In this document: positions 40,079-52,900 of the stretch, piece after piece
How positions within the stretch are numbered: position 1 is the stretch's first letter
How the letters are laid out: the number at the start of each line of letters is the position of its first letter
Source: Paragordius varius
Taxonomy: Eukaryota; Animalia; Nematomorpha
Direction of reading: 5' to 3'
NCBI GenBank assembly: GCA_964247055.1
Contig: OZ176053.1
Coordinates: 10,044,001 to 10,108,000 of the forward strand
DNA length: 64,000 bases
The notes under the pieces: model-generated
Told to the model about the DNA's origin: nothing
Databases searched by the model: none
What the model saw: the letters and a program-made list of their open reading frames with translations, nothing else
Position numbers and translations under genes: made by a program

Positions 40079-41149
40079 GTAAACATTATTATGAATGCAC
40101 AGTTTTGAAATTCTTTAAAGCAAGTTTATTCAAAAATTCACAAGCTCTGATGTAAACTATCCCTAAATGTAAGTGTCCACAATGAAAAGGTACTAAGTAA
40201 TCTCAAAAAAACAATATACCTTCAAAAAATATTTTCTCCCCATCTCGAAATAAAATTAATAATAATATATGCTCTCTCTATTTTAATTTAACAGAGAAAT
40301 ATTATTTTATTATATGCTTCAACCTTTATAATAACCAAATTAAATGAATATAAATTAGTAACATAGATATTCAAAGATATATATTGACAATATTACGTCC
40401 ACAACATATAGGTATAGATATTAAAAACTATAAATACAATGATTTAAAAAATTATAAAAAGAACATGTGACAATGATATTGTAACTCAGGTTCATTGCAT
40501 TACGTATAAATCTTTCGCCTTTTACTAAAGATTTCCGTGCATAGAACCAGTTATGAGTCATAAATCCATTTTTGGTAAATTTTTCTATCCTCTTTGAGGA
40601 TCTATTCCTTCATTATATAAAAAATTAATGTTACATGTAGTGTTTACGCATCCATGACGCCCAACATCAGGAAATCGACAATATTTTTATTTAATTAAGA
40701 AGATTAATTTACTTAATAATGTAAACATAAAAAACAAGGTTTAATCACAACTTAAAAATATCTGAGATCATAATAAATTAATTAGGAGTATAGATCGCGT
40801 ATAAAGGGAAAAAAATTTGCCCTCCTCCAAGAATTCCTGCCTCGTAAATATTTATAAATTGCTTGACTTTGATTAGTGGTTTTGAATAGAAAATATTGAT
40901 TATTCAATTAGGAAAGATCTATCCTTATTATGGAAACGAGAGTTTCGATTTTTGATATTTTTAAAAATCTTTTTTTATCGGGTAGGTGGGACACAGGATA
41001 ATAAAAAAATGGTTAACCTATGATTGACACATAAATAAAATGATATCCATTATCAAAAATAGGGTTTAAGGCCAATATTTAACTTTTTTTACAGGAATGC
41101 CGAATTAAAATAATAATGATATAAATATCTTATTAGATAATTTGATAAT

Positions 41150-41635
41150 TAGTGTTGTTGGTGTAGAAGGGGGTTCCGAATTGACGACATGACTAAGCCG
41201 TCTTCACGATTGAGTCTAGGATTAGACCTTTTGATCTGATAGACTCACGTATCCGGCGCTTATCGTATTGATCTATGTTAGTGATTACTTTACGGGTTAT
41301 AATGTGATGGTGTGGATTATATGCTCTGCTAATTCGAAGAGGTTTTTGGAATATATTGGTCATGTTCATATCGGGTTAAGATTGAGCGTCCAGACTCTCC
41401 TATGTAGTTATTACAGAAAGAGGTAATTTTATAGCCATATGTGACGCTTTCTTTTGGAGTTTTGTCTTTACAGCTGTGAAAGATCTATTTATTGAAAGGC
41501 TTTTATATAGCTTTAACGTTATATTTGTTGGTTGTGAAATCCTTGATGTATTGTATAACGACAAAAGAGATTAAATTCTTATTTTCAATTGGTGTATGGT
41601 TCTTTAATTTATTAAAAAGGTTATTGAATAACCGT
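41150..41635 (-). mobile_element. Decayed Penelope-like retroelement fragment (GIY-YIG endonuclease end)
   Basis: Minus-strand frameshifted translation gives GYSITFLIN...VVIQYIK...KDKTPKESVTYGYKITSFCNNYIGESGRSILTRYEH...ELAEHII...KRRIRESI...LNREDGLVMSSIRNPLL. This matches the PLE linker, GIY-YIG and C-terminal LNRDDG pattern, with in-frame stops. Confidence 0.85.
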
Positions 41636-42113
41636 TTTCTTTATATTGTATTTATTTCAGAGCATTTTTAATTAATTTTTATCTAATTTTTCATCTGATG
41701 AAGTTGATACTACTATAAATGAAATATAATAAATAAATATTATTCTCGCTTTTGAGAAATGAAATTGATAATTGTTTATAAGGGTATATAGAATAAATTA
41801 AAATATATTTTATATTATTTACAACTAAATATAACCCGCAAATTCTGATCCTTTTAAGATTAAAATCTGTTTTTCGATCCTTTAATATTTCTCTTATAAT
41901 AAAAAATAAATTTATTCAAAAAGCAGGCTTAAAACGATTGCTATTCAGAACTGTAAAAATTATTTGTAATATAGCTATGTCAAATATATACATAGTTGAT
42001 AAAAACAAAAAAACTTTTTGCCCCTTCTTACCAAATTTGGCTATAAACTAATATATCTTTTTTGGGAACTTTAAAAAATAGTTAAAAAAGATATACCATG
42101 TACAATTCCAATA

Positions 42114-42193
42114 CACCCTTGAACAATTCATATTCACCCTCGAACAATTCAAATTTTCCCTTGAACGATTCATAGAAAATTAATTATGCGTTT
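42114..42193 (+). repeat. Three 21-bp tandem units (cacccttgaacaattcaaatt), arm of a small MITE family
   Basis: Period 21 at 42114/42135/42156; same motif at 53634-53862. Confidence 0.6.
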
Positions 42194-42276
42194 TCGGGCG
42201 TATATAACTCTTTATTAATATGTATGGCTTAGTTTATTATTTTCAGTATGATTTAAAAAAGATTACCAACTTTTCA

Positions 42277-42866
42277 TTAACACTTCGATTCAATTTGGGG
42301 TATCTAAATACCCCAGACTAAATTTGATTCTTTATTTTTAAAAAACTACCGAAGGAAACGGTCCCAATTTGAATTTATGCTTCTATCCTAATAAAAATTA
42401 TATGATTATACCAAAATATCTAAATAAAATTTTGTTTTGAAAAAAAAGTTCCATGTCAAACTACTTCGCCGCCATTTTTATTTTACAAAATTTTTGCAAA
42501 ATATCGTCTTTTATTGATTTAAAGGGTAAAATTAAAGCTTATTTTTATTTAAATTACATCTAACATTGATAGAAACAGAAAAAGCGGTTTATTTTTTATT
42601 ATTTTTATAATTTTACCATTGCACACATGTCACGTGGACAGAAATTTTACTTTTCGGTTTTAGCTTAAAATAAGTAATATCAAGTATTTTTGAATAAAAT
42701 TTTTTATATATTTCGGTTTTTTAATGTTATATTAGTGTAAAATTTTGCCATGGTTTCGATTACTTTCATATTTTTAAAAGAATTCAGTTTTAAACAGGCC
42801 TGGGGTATTTAACTACCCCAATTTGAATCGAAGGACTAAAATGAATGTGTTGTATCCAAGTGTTAA
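42277..42866 (-). mobile_element. piggyBac-like MITE, copy 4 (intact TTAA TSDs)
   Basis: TTAA(42277-42280)-CACTTCGATTC...GTATCCAAGTG-TTAA(42863-42866); reverse orientation relative to copies 1-3. Confidence 0.9.
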
Positions 42867-43120
42867 ACATTGCCAGATAAGCATTATTAATCGTAAAATG
42901 TTGGCAAAGAAAATTATTTTTAGGTACACAGCTATATTAGGGGTGATGGACTTTATATTGAACTTACTTTAATATTATAGCAGGTGTAATGTTAAATAAG
43001 TGTATAAAATGTAGCGTAGTGGGAAATTGATTTTTAAATTGTTTTGTTAATATGATATGAAATAGGATATTTTAAATATTATAGGTAATCGATCAAAACA
43101 AACAAGTGATTAGTTTATAC

Positions 43121-43665
43121 TAAAACTGGCGTCAAAATAGTTTTATATGAAACTTTTTTTCAAATCTAATTTTATTTAGATAAATTGGCCTTATAATACA
43201 ATTTTTCATTATGATAGAAGCATTAAATTTAAATTGGAACCTTTTCTTTCAGTAGTTTTAAAAAAATATTAACTTAAACATAGTTTGGGGTTAGAGACCC
43301 CAATTTGAATCGAAGGAAATTCATAAAACCCTAATATCAATTATTTTATGGATATATATGAATGCAAAAATTTAGGTAACATGATACCAATGCATTAGCT
43401 AAATTAATAATAATGAGAAATATATCACTACTGCTGTTTATATTCATGTTTTAATTTTAAAAATAATGACTCATCTGTGCGATATTTTGCAAAAATATTG
43501 GAAAACGTCCAAGTAGTAGTTTGATCCGATTTTTCAAAACTATATTTAAGATAAATATTTTGCGTTATTTATATTTTTAACAGCAAACCTAATGGGAAAC
43601 CGTCCCTAGTAGTTGAATATTATCATTATGGTCTAGGATTAATTCCCTTAAAGGAATCGAAGTAA
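43121..43665 (+). mobile_element. Two decayed partial copies of the TTAA MITE right half
   Basis: ~43121-43315 (...gaccccaatttgaatcgaagg) and ~43480-43665 (gatattttgcaaaaat...gaatcgaagt) resemble the right half of the family. Confidence 0.55.
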
Positions 43666-43979
43666 AATGGAATCTAAAATATGTGAAAATATATTTTCAA
43701 TCATTACAATATATTTTTTTATTGATGTTAAGCTGTTCATTTTAGATAGTTGGTGTTACTTAATAGAGTGGAGCTTGTAAAACTCTAATAGAAACCTTTT
43801 TTTTATAATATTAGTAATTTTTTTTATAAAATTTTACAAGCCATTATTAAGACATATAACAAAGTCCGAGGATATTAAGTTATTAGGGATATTAAAAGAA
43901 TATTTAATATTTTTAAGAAATAAAAATAACATCCCAGATATTGTAGTTGCTTACAAACATGTGTTGACAATGCAACCAT

Positions 43980-46900
43980 ATGTCTCGTCTCGTTGATTAT
44001 TTTGTGGTATTGGCTTATGATTTTGAACGTAAAGGTAGCTTCAAATTATATAATTAGATCATGGTAAAATAATTCAAAAGTTTCCACTTTCAGATTGGGC
44101 AGATTCTAAATTTATTGAAGGGATAGAACTGGTAAATATATAATAAATTTAATTATAAATAAGATTAAATATCAATGTTAGTATATATTGTTGCAATTTA
44201 TATATTTTTTAACAACGTAATTTATTACATTTAAATGGCTTTATATATTTATTTACAATCTAAATATTTCCTAAAAGTCAATTTTTTTGAGATACATATG
44301 AGAATTATTTACACATCAATTTTTTAGTGGTGTCATTTTAAATTACTTTAATTGCACACTTTTTTATAGATAAGCACTGATTAACCTTCTTCCTTTTCTT
44401 TTTTATTGTCCATAAACTTCAATTAATAAATAAATATATGATTTTTTATAATATAATAAATAATGTGGTGTAAGCTCCATTTCATTTGTTCAATTCCAAA
44501 TAGTCTTACAACATACAAGTTTTTTTTTAAATTTATTTTTTTTTAAATATTGGTTAAAGTCGAGCCAAACGGAATATTTTGAATAAGATAGTTTTTTTGA
44601 AATCATGGATGTAAGAATTTAAAATACATATATATATATATATATATATATATTACATTTGTAAAATTTATAAATTAACTTATTTTTTAAGTTAATATAA
44701 ATAGATAACTCATGCCTTTATATTACAAATATATATAAATATATATTCAAACACTTCATTACCTTTTCACTTTTTTGTTCCAGTATACCTTATGGGATAA
44801 TTATATATCCCAGAGCTCAAGTTTTGTAAATAAACTACAGTTTAATAAAAGATATATTAGTTAAAATTTAATTATTGAAATAGTCCTGTATTAGATAAAA
44901 GGATATATTATTACAGTTTTGTAACCTCCGAAGCAGATGTTAAACACGAGCCCGCGGGCCGCATTCGGCCCTCCAAAATATTTTTGCAGCCCGCAAAAAA
45001 TTTCAAATACAAAATTTACAAAATTTAGTAAAATTGAATTGCTTAAACAAATTTTTAAAATAAATCTTTCCGAATTTTGACAATGAATAGATTTTTTTTT
45101 AAATTAAATAGTAGTTTATTTTTAGAGTCTTATGTTTGAAATGTAAAAAAATATTTGTTTATTCCCATATATTGAGCGTAGGCCGCCCGCGAACCCATTT
45201 GTGTAGGCCAACTTGCTGTAAACTCTAAAATTGAGACAAGTCCTAAACACGATTGATATAAACAGCTAATTTTAAATTCAAAATATAATACTCTTTTGAA
45301 ATAAAACCTGTATTACTTAACTTGATCTTTACAATTTCTAATCATACTATTGAATCAGCAATTTAAAAAAAAGTCGGTGAAAAAGTTTCAAAGAAGGTTT
45401 TTATATTTTTAAATAATTTTCAATGAAGCAGCGCCTGCTTAAGGAAGCATTTCGGACTTATACTTATATACTTTTTAATATAATTAATTTCAAATCGCTC
45501 GGCATACAGAATTACCCCAAAAGGTCATGGAGTGTTAATATCAGTATTATATATCTATTAAATTTTTTCATTTTTTATAATTCGCTTCACTTTAAAAATC
45601 TATCTCAGCGTTAAATCCCAATACCATTACTATGTCTATAAATTGTCCTTTAAATTAGGGCCTTAACCAGGCCATTTCCGATTTTATATTAATTATATTA
45701 TGAGAAACAAAGTTTCATGTTATATTATTTTTTTTAGTTTTGCCAACCAAAGGGCTGGAATCTTACCAAAATCTCAAGAAATTCCGATGAAAATGTATTG
45801 ACTCCTACTACTAGCAACATAATAAAATTTAATGATATTAATGATCAATCCCCTCAAAATCATACACATGTTAAAGATGAACCCACCTTTTTTGTATCTG
45901 TTCTCACAGACATTAATGGAGATCGCCATTATTGTGCATGTTTAACGTTTAGGGAAACGTATTATGAATTGTTATCAACTAAAGATGGTTGGTTTTTTTA
46001 TTTATTAGCATAAACTAGTGATAAGAATTCCTGTTGTTAAAATGATCAATTCTTGTTTGAATCAGTATAATTAATAAGGACTTATATTATAATTTGCATT
46101 TTTTGATATGTGGACAAAATATCTGTTTAGTGTAGATTTTCCCTATAAGGACCTCTAAATGCGGTTTTAACCTAAACTGCGTCCATAATCTAAAAAGCTT
46201 GTGCTTATCATCACACACTTTTATTTAACCTAGGATAGGGGTCATTCATGTATTATTCTGACAATTGGGATCTTTACATATATTAAATGTTTTTTAATTT
46301 AAAATTTTAAACTATATACAGATGCCAAAACATGTGAGGATGTGTATGGGAAAGATAAACCTTTTCAACCATTACCCCAACAAAATTCTCATGATTTCGA
46401 ATATTTTGATTTGCAGACCAATAATTTTTTCAATGTCAAAAATCGGATTGATAAAAGGGTTTCTACACCTAATGGCTCATTTAATGTTACTGAAAATAAA
46501 AATTATATTAAAGATGAACTCAATAGATCATATATGAATATAGGCAATTGTTTTTCCAATCCTTTAATTGGAAAAGAAGGATTATCATCGTATAATGAGG
46601 CCTATGATAGAACTTCTCTTTACCAAAAGTTAATTTCTTTATTATATAAATACCAATCTTGATTTTATTAACATTTAACCTCATATATTTAGCCATGACG
46701 GTTGTTCCACTTTAACCCCAAATCATTTTACATCATCATTAAGTTCGTATGGTTTGAATGGTAATAATCAAAACCCATCATACTTAGCACCCAAATGTTT
46801 AGTTATAATCTCGCGACATCCATTTTTTGACCTATTTAGGGTAGGATATTTATTTAATATTTGTAATTGTTAAAAATTCACCCCTTTTAAATTATATTTA

Positions 46901-49900
46901 ATTGAAACAAATAACAATTCATTAAATTATCTAAAAAATTGATCTTATTAATTTTTATATAGAAGTTCCTTGGGAAAATTTACACGACTTATTTGGATCA
47001 TCAAAATTCACCGCCCGATAATATGGTTCTAGAATCTTTGATTGCAAACCTTTTATCTATTAATGTGTCTCTGCCGTTATTTCAATGTATTTTTTTATTA
47101 CATATAATTTAAAATATTTTTTATGCTGTTATTTTTTTTTGTTTCTATCAATATATATATATATATATATATATGTTCAGATTTTTTTAATTTATTTTTT
47201 TACTAGGCTGGAAACTTTTAGTAGTTAGAGGATAATATTAATAGCAAATTATATCACTTGTTTAATTATCAATTGAAAATGATTTATTTTTTATCAGAGT
47301 GTTACTTAATTAATCCTTGGCATAAATACAAATATACTTGAAAATGTTTTGACAATAAATATTTAATATTACACTTTATGAACCATAAAGTTTCAGCCGA
47401 ACAACTATACAAACCATTTAACGAATCCAATATTACTTCTATACCCCCAAATGTACCTATTAGTTTGGATGAGAAAAGCTTGAAATCTAATCTTAACAAT
47501 TTATTACATCATAAAAAGGATTATTTACAAGTTTTATCCAATCAATTTCCTATTACAGATAGTTGTGTTGCAACATTTTTTAGCCAACTTGGTATTATTA
47601 ATTTTTTTTATTCAAAAACATGTAGTCATATTTTATACGTGTTTATAAATACGCATTTTATCATTTAGGTGTTAAAATTACGATAATAAATGATTAACTC
47701 TATCTTCATAAAAAATATGTATAATGCGTTATGTCTCTAATTTTTTTTTGATACATACACTATTTAGGTATTCATAATTCACTTACATTGGTGATGGCCT
47801 GTTTAATGGACCACAAAATATTGTTTCATAGCAAAAGTTATCAACGGTTGACTGATAGCTGTCATGCTTTAACTAGCCTATTATTTCCCCTAAAATACTT
47901 GTATGTTAACATTTTTACTGTAAATAATTAATAGAAATTTTATTACCATGTTTTTTTACTTAGCTTGATTGTGTCGCCAAAAAGCTTATATTTAATAATA
48001 TTTACAATAATGTTTAAATACAAATATAAACATTTAATGGCATTTTTGAAACTAATTTCATCCATACATATTTTAATGTTTTATTTACAAATAATGGCAT
48101 TTTACAAAATTATATTCTAATGTAATGAAATAGAAATGTTTATATACCAATACTCCCTTTCACCTTACTGGAAATACTCTATGCGCCTACACCGTTTATC
48201 ATTGGTTTACATGCCGATATATTGGAAGAAAACAATGAAATGGTTGTTATAATCTTTTGTAATTTTTTTAATCATTTTGTAAACCTTTTTTGTTTTTGAT
48301 AGAATGATATTATAACTTGTGATTTGGATATTGGATTGGTTACAATACCTCCAGAAATAAATATTCCAATTATCCCCGCACCCATATATCAAACAATAAG
48401 AACTGCCTTGGAAAAAGTATATTTCTGCGAATTATCTTGAAGTTTATAATTTTTGTGTGATTAATTTTTTTGATACTTTTTTGTGCTAATTATATTACTT
48501 ACTTTTATAATTGAAAAATTAATTTAATGATATATTAAAAGGAAATAAAATTTAACATTTACCATATAAATATGATAAAATCGATTTAGTATAAAATTTC
48601 TTATATTTAACATCATAAAAAATCCCTAGTTTATAATCATATGAAAATAGTTGCATGTTAAAACAGTAATAGCTTTTTTCACAAAAAAGCTTGCATTATT
48701 CCGATTAATAATAGTAGTATTTAATTAACAATATGGTCTCAAGTTTTTACCAAAGATATTTGACTTTATTTGCTTTTTTATTTTATAACCTTTCGATAGA
48801 TTATTAACCCAGAATTGGAATATGCCGACAATGCTTTTCAATCTCTATCATGTAGTCTTACTCCTCCAAATTTATTGGTATGTATAATTAATTTCACATT
48901 TCATGTGCATAAAAAATTTATTTTCATACATATAGGACAAAGAAATTAGATCGATATTTTTACACATGTATGCCCGTTTATTCAAAGGCTACCACTCTTG
49001 TTTAGTGTTGAGTCGAATTATACCAAAGCCATATATCACATTTGATAAGGTTATATCAATATGTTTGCGAAATTTGAAATACAACTCTTTAAATATATAT
49101 GTTTTTTAATCGATATTTAATTTGCCTTTGTTAGTTCGATATATAATTTATATTATTTAGATATATATATATATATATATATATATACACTAATACAAAA
49201 TCCTATTTATCTAAGTTAACATTCATTAATGATATTTAGTGTCAAATTTAGCTTTGGTAATTTTAACGGTTTATAAATAAAGTCCAAGTCGTCTAAACCA
49301 TCTAATTAATTTATCATTTAATCTGAATAAACTTTTCAGCTTATTTTTCAATATATTAATTTGTTTGTTTATAGAACAAATTTTTGAAATATCACGGGTT
49401 GGTTGGGAACACTTTTATGAACAGATTGTTTGAAAGTATGGCCTTTCAAACTTTCGTTAATGAACGAGGAAATCCATACCGATCTTATGATATTTTTGAC
49501 CAAGTTTAACCTTATAAATTTATCTGTAGATTTATCATCATCATCATCAAACTCAAAATATAATGTTACATTTTGAAAGCACTCTAGCTCCATATATATT
49601 GAATATGGTAACATTTTTTTCTCAAATTTGTTATAACCTAAACCAGGGGTGTCCAACACAATTGCCGTTGCGGGCCTCATTTTTGATAGAAATTCCGACA
49701 GGCCGCATTAGCGAGATATATAAGCATTAACAAATATTTTATTAGATTTTAAAAATATGTGTGTTAAATAAACTATTTTTTAACGATTTTTTCTGGTTTG
49801 CCGAAATTCGGAAACACTTATATAGAAAGTTTGTTTTAGAAAATCTATTTTACTTGGATTCAATATAAATTTTTATAATATCTCGAGGGCTGCAGAAATA

Positions 49901-52900
49901 AATGGAGTGTTGGCCACCCCGTTCTAAACATATAATCCCATTGAAGACCTTTAAATTTTATAACAGAAATTTGTACCAAAATTAAGGTGTAGTATTTCTT
50001 ATTTTATTTTTGGTTGAATTCTATCATCATTTTTTAAAAAATCCGTTTTAAACTTCTTACCCTTTTTGATGTAATTTTTACCTTTTATCTAAATCCCATA
50101 GTTTGGAATATTTTTATCCAATTTTAAACTGAAAATTTGAAACGGTATTATCATGAAAATATAATATAAGCAGGATAAATTATTATAAACCTATAACATT
50201 AGGAAACCAATCTTCTAAATAGCCTTGTGCTACCAGATCCAATATCAACACGCACAATGCCGAAATCGAACTGTATTCATGGAAGTAAGCAAACACCTTA
50301 CACTCAGCTTGCCAAAGAATGCAATATTTTGGAGCGAAGACCGTTTCCCTATTTGAATCAAACTGTTGTCATAGAGTTCTTGGACATAATATCGAAAAAA
50401 GTATATGTGTTTTATTTTTAAATCATTATAAACAATACCATGATAATGACTATTATTATGAAACATTTAACAAGATTTTCCCCAAAATTATGTTTTTGAG
50501 TTAGCTGTATAGGAAAAAAAATAATTTTCGATTGTTTTTACCGCATCATGATATCCAAAATAACCACAAAATAATCATTTATAGGGAATGACCACTTTAT
50601 TTTTAACGTATTTTAATAAACGAGGATTTTATTTAGAAATCGGAAAGGAGCATGGTAATTAGTATTATTTACTTCATAGGGGCAAAAAGCTCTTTACAAG
50701 TGCGTAAGCGAGGTGTATTCTATATACAATAATGAATATTTATCCTTTTCTAGAACAAATGTGAAAACCCGGTTAGAAATTTAGAGTCCAATTTGATGAT
50801 TGAAAACTCTCTGACTGTTTTAGAATCAACGACTTGCATTAATCTCAAGACTTCGACCACAACAAAATTAAACAAAAGATCCCAAACATTTTGTCAATGT
50901 CTTGAGAATATACTTAGAGGTGATTTGCATGAGGCAAAAAAGGTCAGTTTAGCTCTAAATATCAATTATATGAATAAATTATTGTGTTTTAAAAAGTTGG
51001 CTTTATATAATTTTTTCATGTTATATTTAATATAAGCGCATTATGCACGCCATATTATTCTTAAATATTTTTTTGGTTTTTCCAAAAATTAAAATTTTTT
51101 TTTATACCTTAAGGTTTCCTATAAAAAATTAATTAGCATATGAGGAGATACAATATTTTCAATAGACATTCCCTTCAGCTCTCCGTTTATTGCGGTCTGA
51201 TTTGGAAATGCGAACTCTTTTTTGTGAAAAGTTAACTCAATTTTCTTCTGCCATCACAACTCAACAAGCAGAAAATGGGACAAATATTTGTAACAAAACC
51301 ATTTTAGATAGCACACAATTCGACATGATTGTCCAATTTGTTAATGCTCTTTTGGAGGTACTATGGTTTTTTATTTCATTATAAAACTTTTAATTAGCCG
51401 TCGCATTTAAATATTGGTCTAAAAACAGTAAGGCAGCATAAAATCGCAGATCATTAAAAAATGTTTTTACAGCCATTTAAACAGTTCAAGTATTTGTCAT
51501 TTCTTAAATATTCAAATTTTTAATGTTATATAGATTTAAAAATCTGCTTATTAAAAGTCCACAAATATATAAATATACAGTGCGAAAACATCAACGATGA
51601 TAATGGATTGGCTGCATCAATTCTACCCTTATCCAGCATATTTTGTCAGGTTTAAAATTTTTATTTAACTAAGTTATTAAATCTATTTGTAATAAAGGTA
51701 TTTTAATTAATAGTTAAATAATTTGTCTAATATTATTATGAAAGTTTGTGGAACACACGGAAAATTAAATGTTTGTAAATCTATCTAGAAAGTCTTTTAT
51801 AGCCTGACCTTTTAGTTTCTAATTTTTATAGTATATTTTATCTTATTAAATCAGAAATTGGCTACGGGAGTCATACAATTCATTTATACAGTAATCCAAA
51901 ATCATTTGGTGTGGACTAATATGACGTTTTGGGAAACTTCTTTTTACATTGATGTACAGGTTCAACTTTTACGACATTATCAACAAACAAACCCAGAGTT
52001 AACATCAAAGGCCAATGGACATATATTAAATTTGGCTGCTAATTTGGTATACTTTTTATGTTAATTTTCAATATTTTTTAAAATTTTTCATGCGCAATTA
52101 TTTTTAATGTTATAAAATTACAATTATTCTTTTATAAGTTATGATTAATTGTTAGTCCTTTTTTACCTTATTATGAATCATTAAATTGCAAATATTTTTA
52201 TAGCTCCGTAATTTCAGTGAGTTACCATCTGATTCCGTTAAGGATATGATTGAAACCGAAGAATCTATTATCTACAGTATGGTTATACATTATGTTAATC
52301 AGATCATATATTTGCGTATCCCATTGGAACTCACAGATGAAAGCCCTCTATTATTTTATAAAACAAATAAAAACGAAAAAATATCTGAAATTAACACCAA
52401 TAATTATTTAATGCCAAACCTATCGAGCTGTGGAAAGAGTCTTAGTTATAAAAATAGTACGACAGATTCTAAATCACCTTCTGTCAATCGGCTCTCGATA
52501 AAATCTAGTAGCATTTATTCAAACAATAAACGCGTGTTTGCAAATGCTGTTCATAAACCAAAGATAGCTTTAACTAAAATGGCAAAATCTGTATTGCATT
52601 CTACCACGTTATCTAGACGCCATTTTAGTATAACATCTTCTAAAGCAACTCCCTGTGAACCATTTCACAAGTATTGTAGAATTATTTTGTCTGAATATTT
52701 CGTTTGTTTGCCTTAAATGGTAATTATAAATAATATAATACGAAATATAATATATCGAAAACGTTAACCTATTAAGAACAAAATGAGGATAAAAAGGCTG
52801 GTTTTCCCTATAAACAATAATATTCTTTTTCGTTTTAGACTGTGCCTTTTTAATAATATAATACTTTTATTTTTAAGATAAAGTATATATTTTATATATA

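Noticed and set aside
40490-40603. Possible minus-strand exon (ILKEDRKFTKNGFMTHNWFYARK...)
   Set aside because: Short, unrecognised, and could not be linked in phase to neighbouring exons.
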